Shown: positions 24,089 through 29,626 of the stretch, one piece after another | How the letters are laid out: each line of letters begins with the position of its first letter | How positions within the stretch are numbered: position 1 is the stretch's first letter | IMG/VR virus record: IMGVR_UViG_3300031963_000683 | Coordinates: 1-29,626 of that record | DNA length: 29,626 bases | Reading direction: 5' to 3' (one strand) | DNA from: a virus | Taxonomy: Duplodnaviria > Caudoviricetes | Program-made: the position numbers and the translations under genes | The notes under the pieces: generated by a model | The model's input: the letters and a program-made list of their open reading frames with translations, nothing else | What the model was told of the DNA's origin: nothing | Databases searched by the model: none

Positions 24089-25023
24089 GCGGCCACCCCG
24101 CCGCAATCCACCCACACGTCGCCGCTCGCGAGCCGGTACGTCACCCGCTCGGTCTCGTGGTCGACGTCGGTCTGCTCACCGGGCACTGCGTCCGGGTTGA
24201 ACAGGTGCTGCGGGCAGCCAAAGCGCTGCTCGTCGAGGCAGAGGTCGCGGTTGTGGCGACCGCATGAAACGCGAGCGTCGCCGTCCAGATGGAACGTGAC
24301 GTGCAAGCACGAGCGGCACGAGCGCGCCGGCATGAGCCCGTCGTTCGGCGCGCAACCGTAGCCGGCCTTGAGGAAATAGACGGGGCACGAACACGCCGGG
24401 CGACGATCGCTCGTCACGATGCGCTCGGCCTTCGTCATCAGCCCGACCGCGAACAGGACGTCGTACTCGATGCGCTCGCAGTACAGTTCGTCCGTGTTCT
24501 TGTTGACGCCAAGATACAGCGCCCGCGTCAGGCCCTGACAGTGCAGGTAGGTCTGGACCTGGGCGAAATGCTCAGGCTTGCCCTCGCGCACGCAGCCAGC
24601 CTTCAGCAGCGCCTTAAAGGCGCGGTCGTTCATGCTCTTGGCCTCGAAGACGTGCATGGTCTTCGGCGCCTCGGGCACGCCCGTGACCTTGCCGTCGGTC
24701 CGGCCGGATGCGTGACCGCCCGCGAACACGATGCGCCATTGCTCGCCGGTGGCCGGGTCGAGGTCGTCGACGATCATGCCGGCGTCGCGGAGCCGCTGAA
24801 CGAGGCGGGTCTCCCAGTGCTCGCCGGTCTCAAAGATCGAGAGCTTCTGGGCGTCAAAAATCTCAGCCGGGAACAGCCAGCGGAACTTGTCCCACTGTTG
24901 CCGCTCGCAGCCACCCAGCCCCGACGCGGCAAGGCGCGGGTGCTGGTCGCGGCGCTGCTTGGATTCCAGCGCGGCGAAGATGGCGCGGGCTGTGGCGGGG
25001 ATGGTTTGCGGGATCTCAGCCAC
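24085..25023 (-). CDS. PD-(D/E)xK exonuclease, Cas4-like
   Basis: ASGLGGCERQQW, GRTDG, FEAKS, HFAQVQTY, C-terminal Cys cluster; GTG start. Confidence 0.85.
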   Translation of the reverse strand: MAEIPQTIPATARAIFAALESKQRRDQHPRLAASGLGGCERQQWDKFRWLFPAEIFDAQKLSIFETGEHWETRLVQRLRDAGMIVDDLDPATGEQWRIVFAGGHASGRTDGKVTGVPEAPKTMHVFEAKSMNDRAFKALLKAGCVREGKPEHFAQVQTYLHCQGLTRALYLGVNKNTDELYCERIEYDVLFAVGLMTKAERIVTSDRRPACSCPVYFLKAGYGCAPNDGLMPARSCRSCLHVTFHLDGDARVSCGRHNRDLCLDEQRFGCPQHLFNPDAVPGEQTDVDHETERVTYRLASGDVWVDCGGVAA

Positions 25024-25183
25024 GGAACACCTGCGGGCATGAGGGACAGCCGCACTTGCAGGGGCGCTTGGCGCGCTCCTCGCGAGCCTCTTGCTCACGC
25101 GCCCAGACCTCAGCCGGGGTCATGTCGCCATGCTCCGACCAGTGGTCGTCGGCCTCGTCCTCGGTCATCTCGCGGGCAGCCAT
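25016..25183 (-). CDS. 55-aa acidic protein with CxCxCxxC tail (below ORF-track cutoff)
   Basis: MAAREMTEDEADDHWSEHGDMTPAEVWAREQEAREERAKRPCKCGCPSCPQVFRG; TGATG coupling fills the gap exactly. Confidence 0.6.
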   Translation of the reverse strand: MAAREMTEDEADDHWSEHGDMTPAEVWAREQEAREERAKRPCKCGCPSCPQVFRG

Positions 25184-25365
25184 CAGACCGCCTCGCCGTG
25201 AAAGGCGCGGTCGAGCAGGCGCTGTGCGTGGCTGATCTCGAGGCGACCGGCGGTCATGAAGCCGCCCTCGAACTCGATCTTGGCTTGGCGAACGATCTCG
25301 GCGACCTGGGTGAGCAGCGCCACCTCATCCTGTCGGCCATCGACAGGGCGCAGTTGTTCGGTCAT
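25183..25365 (-). CDS. Hypothetical protein
   Basis: 60 aa; AGGAG RBS. Confidence 0.6.
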   Translation of the reverse strand: MTEQLRPVDGRQDEVALLTQVAEIVRQAKIEFEGGFMTAGRLEISHAQRLLDRAFHGEAV

Positions 25366-25412
25366 CGTCAGGGGCTCCTGCGATGCTGTTGGAAGACAGC
25401 AGGTTGGAAGGG

Positions 25413-25454
25413 TCTGCCGGTCGGTCCGGTGTGGTAATCAGTCCGACCGGCAGA
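25413..25454. other. Intergenic 12-bp perfect inverted repeat
   Basis: TCTGCCGGTCGG-N18-CCGACCGGCAGA. Confidence 0.7.
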
Positions 25455-25462
25455 TGTTCAGG

Positions 25463-25924
25463 TTAGGCAGCCTTCTTGCCCCAAGGGGTCGAGGCTGTGG
25501 CCGGAGCGGTCTGCGTGGTCGCGGGTCCGGCGGAACCGACCGCCTTGTAGCCCTTGACCTGGTTGCTCTCGCCGTACTCGCCCTTGGCCGGCTGGATCGC
25601 GACGGTGATCTCGACCGGCTTGAAGTGCAGGCTCTCGCTGTTCGACAGGACGCCCGTGTGGCCGACGGCCGCACAGATGCGCTTGAGCGAACGCTCGGCG
25701 ATGGACTGGGCGTCGGGGTTGGAGTTGATGATGTTGAGATTTTCCCAGACCCGGCGCTTGGCCTTGGGCCCGTCGATGATCTCCCAGGTCAGGCGGAGCA
25801 TCTTGCCGCCCGTGCGGGTGTCGGCGAGCGAGGACTCGATGATCTGGGCGACGTAGTTGCCGGCCTCAAGGATCTCGCGATCATCGGTGACGGCATCGGG
25901 GTTGAATGAGCCGAGTTCGGCCAT
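25463..25924 (-). CDS. DUF669-family ssDNA-binding protein
   Basis: LEAGNYVAQI..MLRLTWEIIDGP..RRVWENLN..NQVKGY, PW tail; follows Sak4. Confidence 0.8.
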   Translation of the reverse strand: MAELGSFNPDAVTDDREILEAGNYVAQIIESSLADTRTGGKMLRLTWEIIDGPKAKRRVWENLNIINSNPDAQSIAERSLKRICAAVGHTGVLSNSESLHFKPVEITVAIQPAKGEYGESNQVKGYKAVGSAGPATTQTAPATASTPWGKKAA

Positions 25925-25943
25925 TTGTGTTCTCCGTTGGAAG

Positions 25944-26732
25944 CTAGGCCGCCTGAGCGGCGGGTTGACCGGCGGATGCCGATTGCGGGAAGAACGGTGC
26001 CAGCGCGGCGAAGCCCTGCCCCCGCTGGTAGATGATGCGCGCCGGCATGTTGTACCGATTGCCGGCGGTGAACGCGGGCTTGCCCTCGGTGTAGATCCAG
26101 CGCGTGTCGCCGCCGTCAGCACGGGCGCGTTCGCCCTTGCCCTCGGTCTTGATCGTCACGTCCTTCTTGACGAGCAGGATGGCGTCGACCTCTCGCTTCA
26201 GCAGCGCCTCGGCCCGCTTGTGCAGGTCGATGTCGTAGCGGCTGTACGACTGGGTCTCGGGATCATCAAAGCGGCTGATGATGGCGTGACCGACCAACAC
26301 GACGGCCATGCCGCGCTCGTTGCGCAGGTAGTTCAGGCCGTCCAGCACCTGAAGCCAGAGATTGTCCGCCTCAATGTAGCCCTTGCCGTAGCCACCACCT
26401 GCCAGCTCGATCGTCTTCACGTTCGAATCGCGGCAGACCTTGTCCCAGACCAGCTTCTGCAGGGCCGAGACGCTGTCCAGCACGACCGTCTGGAAACTGT
26501 GCTCCTCCTGGGCGAGCGAGGCGATCGCCTCGACCACGCTCTCGAACGTGTCGAGCGTGCCGAAGCTGTCCAGCACCAGGTCGCCGCTCTCGCCGCGCTC
26601 CGTCTGCAGGAACACAGGCGCCGGGAACTCGGCGGCGAGCGTCGTCTTGCCCATCTTCTCGGGGCCGTAGATCAAAAGGCGCGGGGGTTGGTCGGCGCGG
26701 ACCTTGCGCAGGGATGCGAGGGTGATGGCCAT
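25944..26732 (-). CDS. Sak4-like AAA ATPase (recombinase)
   Basis: IYGPEKMGKTT, TVVLDSV, GGGYGKGY, LVGH, AGNRY. Confidence 0.88.
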   Translation of the reverse strand: MAITLASLRKVRADQPPRLLIYGPEKMGKTTLAAEFPAPVFLQTERGESGDLVLDSFGTLDTFESVVEAIASLAQEEHSFQTVVLDSVSALQKLVWDKVCRDSNVKTIELAGGGYGKGYIEADNLWLQVLDGLNYLRNERGMAVVLVGHAIISRFDDPETQSYSRYDIDLHKRAEALLKREVDAILLVKKDVTIKTEGKGERARADGGDTRWIYTEGKPAFTAGNRYNMPARIIYQRGQGFAALAPFFPQSASAGQPAAQAA

Positions 26733-27097
26733 TATGCGGGCTCCTTGGCCGAGAGCAGGGATTCGGCCTTGTTGATGTCGAAAGCGCAGAGGTCGGCGGC
26801 AGAGCCGCGCCGGTAGTTGGCCCACGGATCGCCGCAGTTCACCGCCACCTCATCGAGGGGGGACTCGTCGTCGTCAGGGTCTTCATGACGGCGCAGGGCA
26901 TATTCAGGCTCATCGCGCAGCACGATGTAGCTCGGGGTTGCCATGCCTGCCTCGTCGGCAATGTGCAGCAGTTCTTCCAGTCGCGCCTGCCATTCGATCG
27001 GCATGTCTTGGATCGCGAGCTTTGGCAGCACGAGATACTGGGTGCGATAGAGGCGCGACCCGGTAAGATCGTCAGCCAGCTCCTCTCGGTCACTCAT
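26732..27097 (-). CDS. Hypothetical protein
   Basis: YLVLPKLAIQDMPIEWQ..DPWANYRR; coupled to both neighbours. Confidence 0.7.
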   Translation of the reverse strand: MSDREELADDLTGSRLYRTQYLVLPKLAIQDMPIEWQARLEELLHIADEAGMATPSYIVLRDEPEYALRRHEDPDDDESPLDEVAVNCGDPWANYRRGSAADLCAFDINKAESLLSAKEPA

Positions 27098-27662
27098 CTT
27101 GGTCTCCTTCAGGCGCGTCGATGAACCAGCCGCCGGTCGCGCCGTCCTTGTGCGGGTGGAAGTTGAGAGTGAGCGGGTCCGCCGGGCGCACCATGATGCG
27201 GGCGCGCGGGGTGCGGTGATTGCCTTGCGGCATCCACGCCAGCACCAGGCCGGTCACGAAACGGTCGTCGTCGATAACCTTGCAGGACACGAGCAGGTCG
27301 ATCGCCGCCTTGGCGGTGTTGTCCAGATCGGCGCGCAGGCTTGCGCGCTCGACGCCCATGACGATCACCACCCTGCCCGGCACCCGGTCGCAGCCGTCGC
27401 GCGTCATCTGCTCGCGCACCGTCCAGCCAGCCTCAGCCAGCCATGCCTTGTAAGCCGGCGTCTTGAAGCGACCGCGGACGCTGTTCGAGAACAGGTTGTT
27501 GACCGACGGCGGCGCGGGGATGGTGAGCGTGGTGCAGGCGGAAGCGCCGGGGGACGATGCTCCCGCCTGCTGGCGCACCCCAGACACGGAAACCGCGCCG
27601 GGATTGTTGAGGGCCGCGTAGTCAGCGGCCTCTGCGATGGGGCAAATACGCGCGGCGGTCAC
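27090..27662 (-). CDS. RusA-like Holliday junction resolvase
   Basis: PPSVNNLF, YKAW, DLDNTAKAAIDLL, IDDDRFV. Confidence 0.85.
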   Translation of the reverse strand: MTAARICPIAEAADYAALNNPGAVSVSGVRQQAGASSPGASACTTLTIPAPPSVNNLFSNSVRGRFKTPAYKAWLAEAGWTVREQMTRDGCDRVPGRVVIVMGVERASLRADLDNTAKAAIDLLVSCKVIDDDRFVTGLVLAWMPQGNHRTPRARIMVRPADPLTLNFHPHKDGATGGWFIDAPEGDQDE

Positions 27663-27865
27663 AGCGTCACCTGCTCGAGCACCGCAATGGTCTCGTCCGG
27701 CAGGTTGGCGATGGGTCCGATCTTGCGGCCCGTGGCACGAAATATGCGGAGGGCGAGCTTCTGGTTCGGGACGCGGCGACCGTTGGCAATGTCATAGGCA
27801 TAGCCACCACGGGCGACGCCGCTGTCCTGCAACTGCTTGGCAAATGAGGTATCGACGTTGTCCAT
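27659..27865 (-). CDS. Cro-like regulator
   Basis: 68 aa; YAYDIANGRRVPNQKLALRIFRATG; divergent from the repressor. Confidence 0.75.
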   Translation of the reverse strand: MDNVDTSFAKQLQDSGVARGGYAYDIANGRRVPNQKLALRIFRATGRKIGPIANLPDETIAVLEQVTL

Positions 27866-27875
27866 ATTTGAAACA

Positions 27876-27944
27876 TCGCAGAATGCGAGGTTAACGGCAA
27901 GCCTCATTCCTCGCAAAAACGACATGGACGATCGCAGCCTGCGA
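27876..27944. promoter_or_regulatory. Operators between cro and cI (TCGCA-N3-TGCGA)
   Basis: Perfect palindromes at 27876-27888 and 27932-27944; half-site at 27911. Confidence 0.75.
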
Positions 27945-27959
27945 TTTACCAGTCAGCGC

Positions 27960-28277
27960 ATGGCCAGATCACCCGTAAAGCTCGCCGCAAATCACCTCCG
28001 GGCATGGAGGGAGTTCAGGCGCATGACCCAGGAACAGCTCGCCGATTCGATCGGCACCGCCGGCAATGTGATCGGCCTGCTAGAGAGTGGCGAGCGCGGA
28101 CTGTCCCATAAATGGCTGCTGAAGCTGGCCCCGGTCCTTGGAACCACGCCCGGCTTCCTGCTGGATCACGACCCCTACGACTTGGACACGTCATTTCTGG
28201 ACGCCGTCATGTCGGTCCCGACAGAAGACCGGGCACAGGTGCTGGCGATCATCGAGACCTTTAAGAAGCGCGCGTGA
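27960..28277 (+). CDS. CI-like XRE repressor without a peptidase domain
   Basis: LRAWREFRRMTQEQLADSIGT..IGLLESGERGL..LAPVLGTTPGFLL; start could also be 27924. Confidence 0.85.
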   Translation: MARSPVKLAANHLRAWREFRRMTQEQLADSIGTAGNVIGLLESGERGLSHKWLLKLAPVLGTTPGFLLDHDPYDLDTSFLDAVMSVPTEDRAQVLAIIETFKKRA

Positions 28278-28310
28278 GTCACGGCCTGCGAGGACGGCTG
28301 AAATAATACC

Positions 28311-28349
28311 TCGCATTTTGCGCTAGACAGCATACTCGCAATCTGCGAG
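28311..28349. promoter_or_regulatory. Operators downstream of cI, overlapping the early promoter
   Basis: TCGCATTTTGCGC at 28311 and CTCGCAATCTGCGAG at 28335. Confidence 0.72.
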
Positions 28350-28379
28350 CCTTCCCTCCTCAACACAGGAGGGCATAGC

Positions 28380-28664
28380 GTGCCGCACCCAAATCAACAG
28401 GCGCTTCCCGTCGCCGTCTCGCGCTGGATCGACCAGTCATACTGGCTGTCGGATGAAGCCGCCGTCGCGCGGCTGAACGAGAAGCTGGCCTTCGTCACCG
28501 AGGCGATCGACGTGCTGGCATCCGATGCGGATGACGTGCCGTCGGAACTGGACGGCCTGTCCGTCATCGACCTGATGTCGGCGTCGGCGAGCCTGGCTGT
28601 CGAGATCGGCACGCGCCGCCGGCACGCCGAAATCAGCGAGCGGATGATGGAGCGTGCAGCATGA
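28380..28664 (+). CDS. Hypothetical early protein
   Basis: AGGAGG RBS, GTG start, 94 aa. Confidence 0.7.
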   Translation: MPHPNQQALPVAVSRWIDQSYWLSDEAAVARLNEKLAFVTEAIDVLASDADDVPSELDGLSVIDLMSASASLAVEIGTRRRHAEISERMMERAA

Positions 28665-28861
28665 GCCGCACCCTTCGCACCGACTACGCAGCCTACAACA
28701 GCCGCGGCGTGCAGGTCCGCACATTCAACGACCTGCCCCGCGCCCGAGCATGGGTTCGCGACAACGCCAGCCTGCATGTCGGCCTGCACCTGCAGGAGGT
28801 CAGCCTGGTGGCCCGCAAGATCTACACGCCGCGCTCGCGGCCGGCGGCGGTGTTCGCATGA
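28661..28861 (+). CDS. Hypothetical early protein
   Basis: ATGA coupling at both ends. Confidence 0.65.
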   Translation: MSRTLRTDYAAYNSRGVQVRTFNDLPRARAWVRDNASLHVGLHLQEVSLVARKIYTPRSRPAAVFA

Positions 28862-28947
28862 TCGCCGCTGTGGCCGAGGTTCTGCGTCCGCGCTCGATCA
28901 TCATTCTGGCCGTGCTGGCTGGGGTTATCAGCCTGTGGTGGCTGTGA
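28858..28947 (+). CDS. 29-aa single-TM peptide
   Basis: MIAAVAEVLRPRSIIILAVLAGVISLWWL; coupled at both ends. Confidence 0.55.
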   Translation: MIAAVAEVLRPRSIIILAVLAGVISLWWL

Positions 28948-29626
28948 TGACCGAACTCCCCGACGATATGGAGAAACGGCTGGCGAGCATGGCAAACTGG
29001 TTCTCGCAACTGACAGACGCGCCCGCGCCGGTTTCGTCGTCGCAAGCGGCAAAAGACCTCCGCGCCCTCCTGCTCGCATACCAAGAGCGGGGGCGGGCTT
29101 TGGAGGCAGCATCCCCTGTCGTTCCGGCACCCGAGGGGGAGGCTTGGCGGACTGTTCCGGTTGAGCCGACCGAGGCGATGTTGGTGAATGGCCGCGAGGC
29201 GCTGATGCCTCTCGTCCGGTTGGACAGTTACGGGCCGCTGATAGGCGTCTGGGGGGATATGCTCGCAGCATCCCCTGTCGTTCCGGTAGGGGCGAGCAGG
29301 GAGACGGTCCATGACCTAATCCTGATGCGTGTTTTTGGGCCATGCGACGCGATCTCTGACGAGTTGGACAGCGCGGTTTGGAACGCCGCCGACGCCATCA
29401 TCGCAGCCCTTCGCCCTACCGATGCAGGGTGGCGGGACATTGCGGGTGCGCCTCTGGGCGTCCGCGTTCTGGCCGATGTGGTGTTCAATCCGCCGCACAC
29501 GTACTTCGGTGCGCGACGCGTCGAGATCGGCAGCTTTGACGGTCACGGATGGTGCGGAGAAGGTGTCGGCGGCGAACCTGTCGCATGGATGCCTGCGCCC
29601 CTCCCTCCCGCCCCTACCGATACAGG
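28947..29626 (+). CDS. Mosaic Ea22/DUF551-like early protein, truncated by the window edge
   Basis: Open from ATG 28947 to the end; VPVEPTEAM, GWRDIAGAP and PVAWMPAP modules. Confidence 0.7.
   Translation, partial: MTELPDDMEKRLASMANWFSQLTDAPAPVSSSQAAKDLRALLLAYQERGRALEAASPVVPAPEGEAWRTVPVEPTEAMLVNGREALMPLVRLDSYGPLIGVWGDMLAASPVVPVGASRETVHDLILMRVFGPCDAISDELDSAVWNAADAIIAALRPTDAGWRDIAGAPLGVRVLADVVFNPPHTYFGARRVEIGSFDGHGWCGEGVGGEPVAWMPAPLPPAPTDT

Noticed and set aside
24085-25023. CRISPR-Cas system suggested by the Cas4-like nuclease
   Set aside because: No repeat-spacer array or other cas genes; the context is a Sak4/SSB recombination module.
1-29626. Diversity-generating retroelement, integrase/att site, tRNA or rRNA
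   Set aside because: Despite the BPP-1-like head genes, no reverse transcriptase, template/variable repeat pair, integrase or structural RNA gene was recognised in this window.

Overview
A 29.6 kb stretch of a GC-rich temperate phage or prophage genome, with no host genes visible. The host is probably an alphaproteobacterium of the Caulobacter/Brevundimonas type, inferred from GcrA-like, CtrA-like and RcGTA head-spike-like genes. From left to right: (1) a minus-strand late region (1-13.9 kb) with a BPP-1/T7-type podovirus head module (major capsid, scaffold, Bbp19-like protein, portal), an intein-containing large terminase, head-spike base and fibre, a metallophosphoesterase, a lysis cassette (holins, TIGR02594 endolysin, Rz/Rz1) and a small terminase; (2) an AT-rich, repeat-containing divergent intergenic region and a short plus-strand accessory operon with a truncated ArdA; (3) a minus-strand replication/recombination operon (primase-polymerase, adenine and cytosine MTases, GcrA-like, CtrA-like wHTH, SF2 helicase, Cas4-like exonuclease, DUF669, Sak4, RusA); (4) a lambda-like cro/cI switch with TCGCA-N3-TGCGA operators. 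The main observation is two unrelated zinc-finger HNH endonuclease genes, each with its own RBS, nested out of frame (+2) inside in-frame insertions at conserved motifs of host genes. One lies in the terminase intein. The other lies in an apparently intein-less and intron-less insert in the cytosine MTase, which also carries a second nested gene in the +1 frame. A six-copy late-promoter-like element (GTGCGTTGA..N17..CnnnnT) with probable leaderless transcripts is also evident. All family assignments come from motif recognition by eye; no database search was run.
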